A stretch of 56,418 nt of DNA from Bdellovibrionota bacterium FG-1 (GCA_051382295.1 JBBCAW010000054.1:1-56418); one strand, 5' to 3'; counted from the stretch's first letter, positions 10,235 to 20,890 are shown. Notes: a model not told the origin generated them from the sequence alone. A program made the numbers and translations.

Positions 10235-11119
10235 TTACCGAGTCACAGGCTCGTGATGATGGCCGTCTTCGTGATGCGCCTCTTCAAGGACCGTGGCCGC
10301 TGCCCGCTTACGAGCCGCCGCTAGCGCGACTTCGCGCGCCCGCACAGCCTTGGCCACCGCCATAAATCGCTCTACCGCTGACACATTGGCCAAAACGGCA
10401 ATCACCCCGAGAGCCACCACCATGGGATGCGCAATGGGCACCACAAACTCGCGAGTGCGCTCGAACCAAGTAATCGTCATCGGCGAAAGGACTGCGCCCA
10501 ACAAGAGGTAAACGGCTCTCTCTGGACGGCGCATACTGCCTTTGGGCGGATCCACATGCAAAGCTTCCGCTTTTGCTGTGGAATAACTGACCATAAATGC
10601 GCCAATCATCGCTGCCGCAGCCAAAAGCATCAAAACGGGGATCTCACGGTAATAAACCATTAGCCCCACAAACATGAAGAACTCGACGTATCGATCCACT
10701 GAAGCGTCGAGCACTTCGCCCGCCTCTGAGGACATCCCCGTCAAACGAGCAACCATTCCATCCAGAGCATCCAAAATAGCCGACAATGCGCCAAAACACG
10801 CTGCCGATCCAAAATGACCCAATCCGAGGCAAACACCCGCAATAAACCCAAAAAATAAAGAGGACCAGGACACCTGGTTAGGCGTAACGTGGAAAAACAA
10901 AAGAGCACGCCCCAAGGGCTGAAAGAACCAATAGCCCCCCTGCATCGCCCCTTTACTGAGAAGCGCACTGCCCCCCTGCCTGTCGATCCGATCAAATCGA
11001 GCTTTTCCCCAAAAAAGGGAGCGGAGCATGTAAAGCGCAGCCACTAGCCCCGTCAGAGAAAGAAGGGTTACCGCAAACCAAAGATCCCAACTCATTCCAT
11101 GAAACTGGCTCAAGGTCAT
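10235..11119 (-). CDS. CDP-alcohol phosphatidyltransferase (phosphatidylinositol-phosphate synthase-like)
   Basis: TPNQVS, DALDGMVAR...GEVLDASVDR signature, MVSYSTAKAE, RPER; follows ino1. Start ATG 11119 or GTG 11161. Confidence 0.85.
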   Translation of the reverse strand: MTLSQFHGMSWDLWFAVTLLSLTGLVAALYMLRSLFWGKARFDRIDRQGGSALLSKGAMQGGYWFFQPLGRALLFFHVTPNQVSWSSLFFGFIAGVCLGLGHFGSAACFGALSAILDALDGMVARLTGMSSEAGEVLDASVDRYVEFFMFVGLMVYYREIPVLMLLAAAAMIGAFMVSYSTAKAEALHVDPPKGSMRRPERAVYLLLGAVLSPMTITWFERTREFVVPIAHPMVVALGVIAVLANVSAVERFMAVAKAVRAREVALAAARKRAAATVLEEAHHEDGHHHEPVTR

Positions 11120-11161
11120 CGCGATCCAATGATACACGGAATGCCCCTTGAACTCCAGCAC

Positions 11162-12508
11162 TTAGACATTCTCCCCTTCATCCACGCCGTAGTAAGTCAA
11201 ACCGAGGTGGTTAATCAGCTCTTCGTTGGTAAAGAAGCGGAGCGTATTTTCGAGTTTCAAGAGCTGAACCGAGAGATCATGCTCAGGATGCAAGCCTTTC
11301 TTGACCACCGGCGCCTTGAAGTAAAAGGACAGCCATTCTTGAATGCCGCGTAAATTGGCGCGACCCGCTAAGTCCATAAACAAAGCCAAATCCAAAACAA
11401 GCGGCGCAGCTAAAATTGAGTCGCGGCAGAGAAAATCAATTTTGATCTGCATCGGATAACCCAGCCAGCCAAAGATATCGATATTATCCCAGCCTTCTTT
11501 ATTATCACCGCGGGGAGGATAATAGTTAATCCGAACCACATGACAGATCTTGCTATAGAGGTCAGGATAAAGTTCTTTCGAAAAAATATCGTCGAGAACG
11601 CCTGTCTTGGACACTTCTTTGGACTTGAATGAACCCGGATCATCCAAAACTTCGCCGTCGCGGTTGCCCAAGATGTTCGTCGAATACCAACCCGCCACAC
11701 CGAGTTGGCGATTGCGTAAGCCCGGCGCAATGACCGTTTTGAGCAAGGTTTGACCGGTTTTGAAGTCAGAACCGCAAATCGGAGTTCCCATTTCTAGCGC
11801 GAGTTCTTGCAGGCAAGGCATCTCGACCGAGACATTCGGAGAACCGTTAGCATAAGGTACCCGCTCACGAAGAGCTGCGTAGGTGTAAATTTGCGAAGGC
11901 GCAATCGCTGGATCGTTATTTCGAAGTCCTTCTTCAAAGGTCTTCAAAGTCTGATGAACTGCCGTAGGAGGAGTATAAACTTCAGTCGAAGCACACCACA
12001 CCATAACCGCGCGGTCACAACCATTGTCCTTCATGAAATTACGGATGTCGGCCCGAAGCTGATCCGCCAAATCCATCTTGTTTTTGCCCTTTTTAACATT
12101 CGGGCCATCCAAGCGTTTGACAAATTCGCGATCAAAAACCGCCGGCATCGGCTTGATTTTTGAGAGGGGCTCTTTGAGCGCCTCGACGAGTTCTTTTTCG
12201 AGCACTTTCGCATGGGTCGCGGCTTCGTAGGCATTCTCAGGAAAAAGATCCCAGCCGCCAAAAACTAAATCATTGAGCTGAGCCAAGGGAACCAAATCGT
12301 TCACGAGCTGATAGCGATTTTCGGTTCGCTTGCCGAGACGAATTTTGCCCATCTGCGTGTACGAACCAATGGGCTTGGCAAGCCGCCGCTTAACGGCTTC
12401 GACCCCTGCATAGAAGGTGGTCGCGACAGCTCCCATTCCTGGGGTAAGCACTGCCAGTTTGCCCTTGGCGGGCGCAATCGTTACGGGTTTGCCTTGCATT
12501 TGGCTCAT
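11162..12508 (-). CDS. ino1: Myo-inositol-1-phosphate (inositol-3-phosphate) synthase
   Basis: GMGAVAT, VFGGWD, WCASTE, NGSPN, GSDFKTGQTLLK, NILGNRDG, SKEVSK, GDNKE, CRDSILAAP, SFYFK. Confidence 0.95.
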   Translation of the reverse strand: MSQMQGKPVTIAPAKGKLAVLTPGMGAVATTFYAGVEAVKRRLAKPIGSYTQMGKIRLGKRTENRYQLVNDLVPLAQLNDLVFGGWDLFPENAYEAATHAKVLEKELVEALKEPLSKIKPMPAVFDREFVKRLDGPNVKKGKNKMDLADQLRADIRNFMKDNGCDRAVMVWCASTEVYTPPTAVHQTLKTFEEGLRNNDPAIAPSQIYTYAALRERVPYANGSPNVSVEMPCLQELALEMGTPICGSDFKTGQTLLKTVIAPGLRNRQLGVAGWYSTNILGNRDGEVLDDPGSFKSKEVSKTGVLDDIFSKELYPDLYSKICHVVRINYYPPRGDNKEGWDNIDIFGWLGYPMQIKIDFLCRDSILAAPLVLDLALFMDLAGRANLRGIQEWLSFYFKAPVVKKGLHPEHDLSVQLLKLENTLRFFTNEELINHLGLTYYGVDEGENV

Positions 12509-12565
12509 AGAATTTAACTCCTCGTTAGAAAAGCTTTGTAGACTAAATTAGCGAATTAGACAAGT

Positions 12566-13675
12566 TTAACGCGCAAGACTGGATTCAGGCGCGGTTGTCG
12601 CTAACGACAATTCACGGCATCCTTCTTGGGCTGAGCGATAGGCGGTCGTGATGAGCTGGATACAAAGATAGGATTCAATCGCCTCTTTTCCAACAAAATC
12701 ATCCACTTCAATCGCAGTCTTAAATTGATCAAAAAGCGAATTAAACCAGCTCACATGACTGGCATCCATCCAATGGGAGGCAATCGAACGCTTTTCCACG
12801 TCCCAAGTCACCGCCCCTTGAGCCACATCAGGCCCCCCCGTGGCACGCATGACCGCTAACTGCAAATCATCATCGTCAACCGTGATTGCCCCTTTATCGC
12901 CCTGAACCGTGTAGATCACCTTGCGCACCCCTGCCGTCCACGTCAAATAGGAGTGAGCGGTACCATTGGGAAAGGTCAATACGGCGGAAAAACCGTCTTC
13001 GGTATCCCATCGATGAGGTTCGAGATTAGCCATTTTAGCAGTGACTGCCGTCGGATAGCCCCCCATCCAATCAAAAGTGAGATAAAAAGTATGACTTCCG
13101 TGGTCCATCGCGATCCCGCCACCCGAATATTTTTTCTCGCGACGCCAATTCGTTTTCCACTCCGTCACCCCTTTGGCGTGGGTGTTTCGATAAGTATTGA
13201 GAGTAATCGAACGAACCTGACCTATTTTTCCCGAAGCGATGATTTCACGAATCACCTGAACGACCGGTGCGTGCTTGTAATTATGACAAGGAAATAAAAC
13301 GCGCTTCGCTTTTCGCGCATGTTCCAAGAGCGAAGCAGCCTCTTCCAAGGTGGTGGTCAAAGGTTTTTCGCATAAAACGTGCAACCCTTTATCAAAAGCG
13401 GCATGCGCAATCGCCGCGTGATCGCAAGGAGGGGTACTGATATCGACGAAATCCAAACCTGTAGCCTGTTGATCCAGAAGCGCTCGATAATCAGAATAAA
13501 TTTGAGCTTTGGGCAAAGCTTCTTGCGCTAAATTGCGCCTCGCTTCGCAAATATCAGCGACGGCTACAATCTCCACATCATTTTGCGCACTCGCACGCTG
13601 AAGGTAAGCGGGAAGATGCCCCTTGCCTGAGATGAACCCATACCCAATGATCGCGCCTCTCAATTTTTTTGACAT
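12566..13675 (-). CDS. Gfo/Idh/MocA family oxidoreductase
   Basis: IIGYGFI, HVLCEKP, GGGIAMDHGSH. Confidence 0.92.
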   Translation of the reverse strand: MSKKLRGAIIGYGFISGKGHLPAYLQRASAQNDVEIVAVADICEARRNLAQEALPKAQIYSDYRALLDQQATGLDFVDISTPPCDHAAIAHAAFDKGLHVLCEKPLTTTLEEAASLLEHARKAKRVLFPCHNYKHAPVVQVIREIIASGKIGQVRSITLNTYRNTHAKGVTEWKTNWRREKKYSGGGIAMDHGSHTFYLTFDWMGGYPTAVTAKMANLEPHRWDTEDGFSAVLTFPNGTAHSYLTWTAGVRKVIYTVQGDKGAITVDDDDLQLAVMRATGGPDVAQGAVTWDVEKRSIASHWMDASHVSWFNSLFDQFKTAIEVDDFVGKEAIESYLCIQLITTAYRSAQEGCRELSLATTAPESSLAR

Positions 13676-13737
13676 GAGGCGTATTTACATGAGCGAGCCA
13701 CAGGGCTCAATGTAAAAAAGCGGTCAGCGATCAGCAT

Positions 13738-14010
13738 TCAGCTGACAGTGGCCGGAGGAACAACGGGAGCAGGGGCCGCAGGCACAGCAGGAGCGGGAGA
13801 TGCAGGAGTGACTGAAGGAATAGGGGCTTTAGCCTTCTTGTAGTCGGTGGTGTACCAACCACTTCCCTTAAGCGAAAACGAACTCATACTCACGAGCTTA
13901 GAGACGGGTCCGTTGCACTCCGGACATTCTGAAAGTGGCGCATCCGAAAACTTTTGCATGGTCTCAAAAACTTTTGAACAGGCCGAACATTGATATTCAT
14001 ATAAAGGCAT
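13738..14010 (-). CDS. FmdB family zinc-ribbon protein
   Basis: MPLYEYQCSAC...CPEC...FSLKGSGWYTTDY, Pro/Ala-rich tail. Confidence 0.92.
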   Translation of the reverse strand: MPLYEYQCSACSKVFETMQKFSDAPLSECPECNGPVSKLVSMSSFSLKGSGWYTTDYKKAKAPIPSVTPASPAPAVPAAPAPVVPPATVS

Positions 14011-14116
14011 ATGGCGAAAGACTCCAATACTTGAGCTAATCTCTATAACACAAAATAAATTCAAATGGGAGCTTGTCGAGGGACAGACCTAAAATTTCTT
14101 GCTAAAATAAGTTCTT

Positions 14117-15127
14117 ATGACAAACCAACCCGACCCAACCCACCGACCATCCCCGATTTCCACTTCATTTACCCAACTTTTAGGGTGCGATTACCCGATT
14201 ATCGCGGGACCCATGTTCTTGGTCAGCGACGAAGCCCTGGTTGCCGCCGTCAGCGAGGCGGGAGGCATTGGCGCCACCCCTTCGCTCAATTGGCGAACCA
14301 CGGCCGAATTCAAAAACGCCATCCACAATATCCGTTCCCGAACCTCCAAACCCTTTGGCGTGAATTTAATCGTCAATCAGGCCAATACCCGCCAGCACGC
14401 CGATCTAGACGTCTGCGCCGAAGAGAAAATTCCGTTTATCGTCACCTCACTGGGCAGCCCCAAAGAGGCCATCCGCAGAATGCATGAGGTAGGAGGCAAG
14501 GTTTTTTGTGATGTCACCAACCTAGCCTACGCGCGCAAGGTTCAAGATATGGGCGCCGACGGCGTCATAGCCGTATCAGCGGGAGCCGGGGGCCACGCCG
14601 GGCCGATCTCGCCTCTGGTTCTCCTTCCCTATTTACGTAAACATCTCAACATCCCGATCGTGGCGGCCGGTGGAATCGCGACTGGCGAGCAAATCGCCGC
14701 GGCCCTTCTTCTGGGGGCATCGGCAGTTCAAATTGGCACGCGCTTTATTGCCTCGCGCGAGGCTAAAGTAGATGAATCTTACAAAAAGGCAATTTTGAAG
14801 GCACAGCCTGATGATATCGTGCTGACTAAGCGGATTTCAGGAACGCCCGCAGCGGTGATTCGCACGCCTTACATTGACCAACAAGGCCTCGAACTCAACC
14901 CCATTGAACAGATGTTGTTCAAATACCCAAAAACAAAAAAATACATGAAAATGATCAGGGCCTACCTTGGCTCAAAGGTGCTTGAAAAAGCGGCACAAGG
15001 TCCAACATGGAAGGAAGTCTGGAGTGCGGGTCAGGGAGTCGGGCTGATTGACGACATATTGCCCGCGCGCGATATCGTGCTCCAACTCGCCGAACAGTAC
15101 CATCAAGCCTGTAAAAAGTTGCGTTAA
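14117..15127 (+). CDS. Nitronate monooxygenase / FabK-like flavoprotein
   Basis: YPIIAGPM, PFGVNL, AGGHAG, VAAGGIATG, VQIGTRF, WSAGQGVG. Confidence 0.9.
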   Translation: MTNQPDPTHRPSPISTSFTQLLGCDYPIIAGPMFLVSDEALVAAVSEAGGIGATPSLNWRTTAEFKNAIHNIRSRTSKPFGVNLIVNQANTRQHADLDVCAEEKIPFIVTSLGSPKEAIRRMHEVGGKVFCDVTNLAYARKVQDMGADGVIAVSAGAGGHAGPISPLVLLPYLRKHLNIPIVAAGGIATGEQIAAALLLGASAVQIGTRFIASREAKVDESYKKAILKAQPDDIVLTKRISGTPAAVIRTPYIDQQGLELNPIEQMLFKYPKTKKYMKMIRAYLGSKVLEKAAQGPTWKEVWSAGQGVGLIDDILPARDIVLQLAEQYHQACKKLR

Positions 15128-15138
15128 GACGAAACAAC

Positions 15139-15747
15139 TCAGGTGAGGCGGAGCAAAAATCTCAGCCCGAGTACCACACTAGCGGCCACCGGAAGCAGCG
15201 CCACTCGCTGATTAACCCAGTCAAACGTGCGAGTGAGCCAAAAGGGCCGGTTCCACACCCATTGCCCACTGAGCACCAACGCGGATCCAGCTAAGACGGT
15301 GCCGCAAAAAAATGCAAAGATCGGCAACAAGTAACCGACCCCAAGGCTCGAAGATTTAATTAAAACGGGAATAATCGATTCGCAAGGGCCCAAAAGCGAA
15401 ACGACCGAAAAAACTCCCCACCAACTATGCGGCCCCAAACGCTGAACCTCATGAATTTGCGAAAACCGAAAACCCCGCAAAATCATCATACCAAAGACAA
15501 AAATCATCGCGACCGGAAAGAGCTGCGCCGGCTGCAGAGCGCGAAACCACTCATCAAACACAAAATACAGCCCGATTCCCATCGCCAAATGAATCACCAT
15601 CACGAGGGCCGTAAAAGCGACTACGGCAACGCCATTCCACCGCCGCTGCCAACTCAAAATCGACGCTGGCACCCAATGATCCGGCGCCATCACATGCAAA
15701 GCTCCAGCGAGCAGCGATAGCAAAAACAACATGATCGCGGTGTTCAT
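15139..15747 (-). CDS. Membrane protein, Ni/Co transporter (UreH/RcnA-like) family
   Basis: LHVMAPDHW and LGPCE motifs; about six hydrophobic segments. Confidence 0.65.
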   Translation of the reverse strand: MNTAIMLFLLSLLAGALHVMAPDHWVPASILSWQRRWNGVAVVAFTALVMVIHLAMGIGLYFVFDEWFRALQPAQLFPVAMIFVFGMMILRGFRFSQIHEVQRLGPHSWWGVFSVVSLLGPCESIIPVLIKSSSLGVGYLLPIFAFFCGTVLAGSALVLSGQWVWNRPFWLTRTFDWVNQRVALLPVAASVVLGLRFLLRLT

Positions 15748-15799
15748 CGTCTTGAATTATCCGCCCACGCCCAGATCGTCAAGGTGCGTTGCAGCATAA

Positions 15800-16558
15800 T
15801 CATAGGTACAAACAGCCCGTTCGGGCAACATCGTTGGCGCGAATTTCTTCTTTGACCTCAGGGAGGCTGCCGCTGGCCCCGCGAGCGCGCAGCGCGGGGT
15901 ACATCACCGCTACATGGTAGGCATGTAATTCCGGCAATCCACTACAAGCGCGATATTTATCCGAAGATTTGTCCGAAGTGCAACTATGATCCAGCCCGAT
16001 CGCATGCCCCAGTTCATGAACCATTACGCTCATCATTTGCGCTGAATCCACAATTGATGTGTAAACCAAAATAATCTGGCGATTTACTTCTTCGCCGCCA
16101 TAACACCGCAGGGTGGCCGCAGGTATATTGTCACCAAAGCCCAGCGTTTTCCAGTGACTGCCCGACGACTCTTTCATGATGGGCACCAAATCCGGTTGAT
16201 CTGCCCCCGCCGAACAATCCGAAGGATCCAACGCGCGGAGCGAATCCGAAAAAGTCTGAACCTGAAGCTTAAAAAAATCGGAACCCATTTGCTTTTGACC
16301 CAGCGTATTCCACTGGTCCACCGCACTTTGAATCGCCGAAATTTGCGCGGTTGAAAACGTGGAATCAACATTCACTTGAAGGGGAAAACCGGAAACTTTA
16401 GCCATGAAGCTCTGCCGTTGATCTGTCGCGATCGCACAGCTCTGGCTGATTACGGACTCGGCATTAAACGCGGCCTGCGGTTTTCCGCAGCCCTGCAAAG
16501 CGGCTCCAAAAACAGCAAAACCAATCAGAACAAAAGCACCCACGAGAGACCGATTCAT
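15800..16558 (-). CDS. Matrixin-family (M10-like) metalloprotease lipoprotein
   Basis: Lipobox ALQGC; HELGHAIGLDH zinc motif; AVMYP Met-turn. Confidence 0.85.
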   Translation of the reverse strand: MNRSLVGAFVLIGFAVFGAALQGCGKPQAAFNAESVISQSCAIATDQRQSFMAKVSGFPLQVNVDSTFSTAQISAIQSAVDQWNTLGQKQMGSDFFKLQVQTFSDSLRALDPSDCSAGADQPDLVPIMKESSGSHWKTLGFGDNIPAATLRCYGGEEVNRQIILVYTSIVDSAQMMSVMVHELGHAIGLDHSCTSDKSSDKYRACSGLPELHAYHVAVMYPALRARGASGSLPEVKEEIRANDVARTGCLYL

Positions 16559-16647
16559 GGGGCCTTTAAACCACAGTGGGCGATTCCGGTCAAGCTATTA
16601 GTTGACTATTATTGTCATGATAATTTACGCTGTATTTTTAGGGTCTT

Positions 16648-17400
16648 ATGAGTTATCATCCATTCCTTATGCAACCCTCTCCTTTTCAGTCCCGTGTGAA
16701 AATATTTTTGGATGGCGCTGACCGCAAGTCAATGGTGGAAATGGCGCCAAACCCGCTCGTTCGCGGATTTACTACAAATCCGAGTTTAATGCGCAAATCA
16801 GGGGTCACCGATTACGCGGGCTTCTGCAAAGAAATTCTCCCTCTTTTAAAGGGAAAACCAGTTTCATTTGAAGTTTTTGCGGATGATTTTTCCGAAATGA
16901 AAAGACAAGCCAAAATCATTGCGGGTTGGGAAGGGACTGGAGATCATATTTATGTAAAAATTCCGATCATTAACTCTCAAGGCATAAGCTCCCTTCCTCT
17001 TGTTCGAGAACTCAGCCAAGCCGGAATCAAACTCAATATTACCGCCATCTATACGCTTCGCCACATCTGGGAAACCGCCGAAGCTGTTCGAGGCGGGGCA
17101 CCCTCGATCGTTTCAGTTTTTGCGGGACGAATTGCGGACACCGGGCGCGACCCGCTTCCCCTGATGCAGGCCGGAGTCGATATTTGCGGGGCTTCCGGGC
17201 CCCAATGCGAACTCCTTTGGGCCAGCACTCGCGAAGCCTATAACATTGTTCAAGCCGACCAGATCGGATGCAAAATCATCACTTCGCCCCTAGATATGAT
17301 CAAAAAAGTCACGGCTTTTAATAAAAACGTCGACGAAGTGACTTTAGATACGGTCCGAACGTTTAAAGCAGATGCTGAAGCGGCTGGCTTTTCACTTTAA
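16648..17400 (+). CDS. tal: Transaldolase (short TalC/FSA-type)
   Basis: IFLDGAD, GFTTNPSL, YVKIP (Schiff-base Lys), NITAI, SVFAGRIAD, LLWASTRE. Confidence 0.9.
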   Translation: MSYHPFLMQPSPFQSRVKIFLDGADRKSMVEMAPNPLVRGFTTNPSLMRKSGVTDYAGFCKEILPLLKGKPVSFEVFADDFSEMKRQAKIIAGWEGTGDHIYVKIPIINSQGISSLPLVRELSQAGIKLNITAIYTLRHIWETAEAVRGGAPSIVSVFAGRIADTGRDPLPLMQAGVDICGASGPQCELLWASTREAYNIVQADQIGCKIITSPLDMIKKVTAFNKNVDEVTLDTVRTFKADAEAAGFSL

Positions 17401-17406
17401 AGCAAT

Positions 17407-18651
17407 ATGCCACGCGCATCCAAATCCTCACCATCCCCTCGGCGGAAACTCCTTTTCTTAACTAAAGAAAACCCTTTCCCTCCGGCTGGCGGCGCCCATC
17501 TCAGGGACTCGCAGCTGATTCAGCTACTGCAAGAAACCATGGATGTCGAGGTGCTTTGCTATGCACCTGAATCAGAGAACAGCGTACCAGCCGCCTTCCC
17601 GCCTGGAGTAAAGATCACCCGCATTCAACGAACAACGAGACAGCGCTGGAAGAAAGCGTTCGAAACACTCCGTCCGGACCTCCAAAACAACTATAGCCAG
17701 GCGATAGAACAAGCCCTGCGCGAACGTGCCGAGCCCGGAAAATTACTTTGGATCTCACGTCTAATCATGGCCAAGTATCTCGAAGTAGCGAAAAGTTTTG
17801 GCTATCAAACTATTTTGGATGAGCACCAGGTTGAAACCCGAATTCTGTGGAATAATGCCATGGAAACAGCTTCACGCTTCAAAACCACAGTCAAAGGAAT
17901 GGGAAGTCTGGCTGTTGCCGCACAGTGTCATATTTTTGAAAGCCGTATGTGCCGCCTTTCTAACCTTGTGGTCGCGGCCAGCGATCTCGATGCCTCCCGC
18001 TTGATGAGACTCGCGCCCGGAATCGTGGTTCATGTCATCCCCCACTCGATCGATTGCGCTCAATACTCCTCTCTACGCACCCAGCCCGGTCAAAATATTT
18101 TGTTCTCAGGCGCCCTCAACCACCCCCCTAACGTCGAAGGCCTGACCTGGTTTTTATGCGAAGTGCTTCCTCGAGTACGAGCATCCCTGCGCGACAGAAC
18201 TCCAAAACTCGTGGTGGCCGGGTCCAACCCGAGTGAGGGCTGTTATCAACTCCTAGATCACGAAGGAACGGAACTCTTTGCCGATCCCCCGTCGATGATT
18301 CCCCACCTCGCTAACGCAGCGATAGTGATTATACCCATCCAATCGGGACGAAGCATGCGATTCAAAATTTTGGAAGCGATGGCCGCTGGACGTGCAGTCA
18401 TTAGCACACCTCGGGGCGCCGAAGGTTTACTGCTCTCACCCGCTTACGACATCTGGATTGCGGATGCCGCCGACAAATTTGCCTCCACTGTGGCACGACT
18501 GATCGAGACCCCCGAACTCCGGGCAGAAACCGCCCATCACGGGGCATTAACCGTGGATGCCCGTTATGATTGGCGATGCATGAAACCCCTGCTTGAGTCT
18601 CTGATTCAAAAATTAGTCCGCCCAACTCCAAAAGCGCGGTTAACGCGCTAG
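17407..18651 (+). CDS. Glycosyltransferase family 4
   Basis: PFPP.GGAHLR, LDEHQVE, FSGAL.HPPN.EG, KILEAMAAGRAVIST..GAEGL. Confidence 0.9.
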   Translation: MPRASKSSPSPRRKLLFLTKENPFPPAGGAHLRDSQLIQLLQETMDVEVLCYAPESENSVPAAFPPGVKITRIQRTTRQRWKKAFETLRPDLQNNYSQAIEQALRERAEPGKLLWISRLIMAKYLEVAKSFGYQTILDEHQVETRILWNNAMETASRFKTTVKGMGSLAVAAQCHIFESRMCRLSNLVVAASDLDASRLMRLAPGIVVHVIPHSIDCAQYSSLRTQPGQNILFSGALNHPPNVEGLTWFLCEVLPRVRASLRDRTPKLVVAGSNPSEGCYQLLDHEGTELFADPPSMIPHLANAAIVIIPIQSGRSMRFKILEAMAAGRAVISTPRGAEGLLLSPAYDIWIADAADKFASTVARLIETPELRAETAHHGALTVDARYDWRCMKPLLESLIQKLVRPTPKARLTR

Positions 18652-19224
18652 AGCCTCACTCCTTTCAGCGCCACCGATGACGGGCACGCCGCCCAACTGA
18701 AGAGTCAAACCCACCTGCACACCCCACTTGAAGCGGGAGTCATAAGGAACCCCCAGCCGAAGTCCCCAAGCCCCTTCGTCCTGAAACCGTTTAAAACGAA
18801 CTGCAAGATTCGGCTCGATTCTAAACCGAGCGCCCCCATCCTCGCCCGAAATCGACGAAGGAGCCACCACATCCAAAGCCAAACCGGGACCAAAAGCATT
18901 GGCAACCCAAAAAATAGAATCAATCCCGCTATTGAGATCAAAACGGGTTTTGCCTTGACCGGTAGCAAACAAGACTGAAGCCTTCGGGCCAACGACCCAC
19001 TCATGCTCAACGAAAGGCTGAAACAGCAAAGAAAGCCCAGTTTCGATACCCAAAGACGACGGTTCAACACTCACAAAGGAAGTAGTGACCTGAATGGCCG
19101 AAGGGGTTGCCCCCATCGCCTGAGCCGTCGAGGTATCCGCATAAACGAATGCCCCCCCACACACGCCAATGAGGATAGAAAAAACCAGTTGCAACCCGGC
19201 CGTCAGCAGCTTTCTTTGTGTCAT
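18640..19224 (-). CDS. Hypothetical secreted/outer-membrane beta-rich protein
   Basis: Signal-peptide-like N-terminus, alternating hydrophobic beta-strands; abuts the RDD gene. Confidence 0.6.
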   Translation of the reverse strand: MTQRKLLTAGLQLVFSILIGVCGGAFVYADTSTAQAMGATPSAIQVTTSFVSVEPSSLGIETGLSLLFQPFVEHEWVVGPKASVLFATGQGKTRFDLNSGIDSIFWVANAFGPGLALDVVAPSSISGEDGGARFRIEPNLAVRFKRFQDEGAWGLRLGVPYDSRFKWGVQVGLTLQLGGVPVIGGAERSEALAR

Positions 19225-19700
19225 TACTCTTTGATAACGGAGACGGTGCCCACAAGCAAGTCATGGAGTGCACGCTTTTGAGGATGAAAGGCGGCCATTA
19301 AAAACCCGGTTCCAAAAGGAAGATAGGACAAAAGGTATCCGAAAAACCGAAAGCCAGCTTGTTTCAAGGTCATAGGCGCGCCATCTTGAGCGTTCACCAC
19401 ATAAATCTTAAAAATCCGCTTACCCAGCGTGGTCCGATTTTTCAGCTGCCCCCAAATAAAATAAGGGGCCGCCAACGCCAAATAAAGGACAGCGTCGGCC
19501 ACTTGAATCAGCAGCGGATTGAACGCGTCATCATAGGACTTCGCCTCGATCCCCTGCCGCCAAGCCAAAAAAGCATAAATGAGATACATCCCACCAAAAA
19601 TCAGCGTTTCCCCGAGCCAGGCCACGCCGTTCAAAAGGAGACTATCCAGTAAATGGGCCAGCGCGCGGCGCCAAAAGCCTGCATATCGCACGGCGGCCAT
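19224..19700 (-). CDS. RDD family membrane protein
   Basis: YAGFWRRALAHLLD, TLGKRIF.I.V, KRALHDLLVGT.V. Confidence 0.92.
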   Translation of the reverse strand: MAAVRYAGFWRRALAHLLDSLLLNGVAWLGETLIFGGMYLIYAFLAWRQGIEAKSYDDAFNPLLIQVADAVLYLALAAPYFIWGQLKNRTTLGKRIFKIYVVNAQDGAPMTLKQAGFRFFGYLLSYLPFGTGFLMAAFHPQKRALHDLLVGTVSVIKE

Positions 19701-19703
19701 GCC

Positions 19704-20855
19704 TTAATCGTGCCCCGCATCTTGATCAACTAAGTTCGCCGCTCCGCGACGCAAAACAGCCTGCCCTACTTCGCTCGCCTGAACATCTAGATCTGAGGTA
19801 TCTACCCCGCATTGTACGGTATCTCGGACATGAATAATCTGCGGACGCCCGAAGCCTGTCACGCTGCACCGAACTATGTCACCCTTGTAATGAATCCGCC
19901 CATCCGAAGACCGATTATTTGCGTTCACATCGTATTCAGCCCGAGCAATCTTGAACCAATACACAGCCCGAGGCGAGTAGACTTCAAAAGTAAACAATCC
20001 CCCGTGCGGAGCATAGGTCGCATGCCCCATCGTAAAACTATCCGTACTGAAATCCTTCCACGAACCCTTTTCTTCGTCAGCCACCTCAGGATCATTGATG
20101 TTAGACAAATCCCAGTTCGAAATTTTTGCATGAATCAGACGATCAGCGCCAAAACTAAAGGAAAACGTCATCGGAGAGCAATTGAACACCCAAACTTTTT
20201 CATCCACTGCGGCCAATAAACCAGTCGCTTTTTTGATCGCATTGTCTAAGCGGATTCCCTGATTCTTCCATTCAACCTGATAAGCATCGTCCAAGCCATT
20301 CTGATGAATAGCCTGCAACTGGATTCCAACTTCATCGACCGCAGCCTTCGCCTTGTCTCGACGCGCTTGCGCGGTTTTCACCTTTTCTGGGTTGGGCGAA
20401 CTCTGCTTTAAAAGCGCATCCAGCTTTGCCTGAAGTTTGTCCAAACTGGTCTGCCGATCTGGCAATTGATTCTCAAGGTCCGGAAGATTAAAAACATCCA
20501 CGCCGATGGTCGAAAAAATCCGTTTAAGTTCAGACTGACGCGTCTTCATCTTCAAAAGCTCGGCCCGGCCGTCATTATAGTCCTTAACGCGATTCAAGGC
20601 CTCCGCCTCGTCCTCGGGCGTGGCATCTGACTTCCATAAAAAAAGCTGAATATCCCTAAAACTCATGTCGGTGGGCTCGAAATCAGCCACCGTGGGCATC
20701 GACGGCTGGGTGCGGGCGATATCTGAGGAAGCCGAAGCACCGGAGCCATCCACGGGCGGCATCGCGCTCACGCGCTGAACCTGTGCGGTTTTAACACTAC
20801 ACGCCGATAAACAAAACAGAACTCCCAACACAGTCAAAACAGGTTGAATTTGCAT
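19704..20855 (-). CDS. Hypothetical lipoprotein with coiled-coil region
   Basis: RBS GAGGAA and ATG 20855; lipobox LSAC; central heptad-rich segment. Confidence 0.7.
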   Translation of the reverse strand: MQIQPVLTVLGVLFCLSACSVKTAQVQRVSAMPPVDGSGASASSDIARTQPSMPTVADFEPTDMSFRDIQLFLWKSDATPEDEAEALNRVKDYNDGRAELLKMKTRQSELKRIFSTIGVDVFNLPDLENQLPDRQTSLDKLQAKLDALLKQSSPNPEKVKTAQARRDKAKAAVDEVGIQLQAIHQNGLDDAYQVEWKNQGIRLDNAIKKATGLLAAVDEKVWVFNCSPMTFSFSFGADRLIHAKISNWDLSNINDPEVADEEKGSWKDFSTDSFTMGHATYAPHGGLFTFEVYSPRAVYWFKIARAEYDVNANNRSSDGRIHYKGDIVRCSVTGFGRPQIIHVRDTVQCGVDTSDLDVQASEVGQAVLRRGAANLVDQDAGHD

Positions 20856-20890
20856 AAAATCTTTCCTCAGTTCCCAAAATATCGGAAGAA

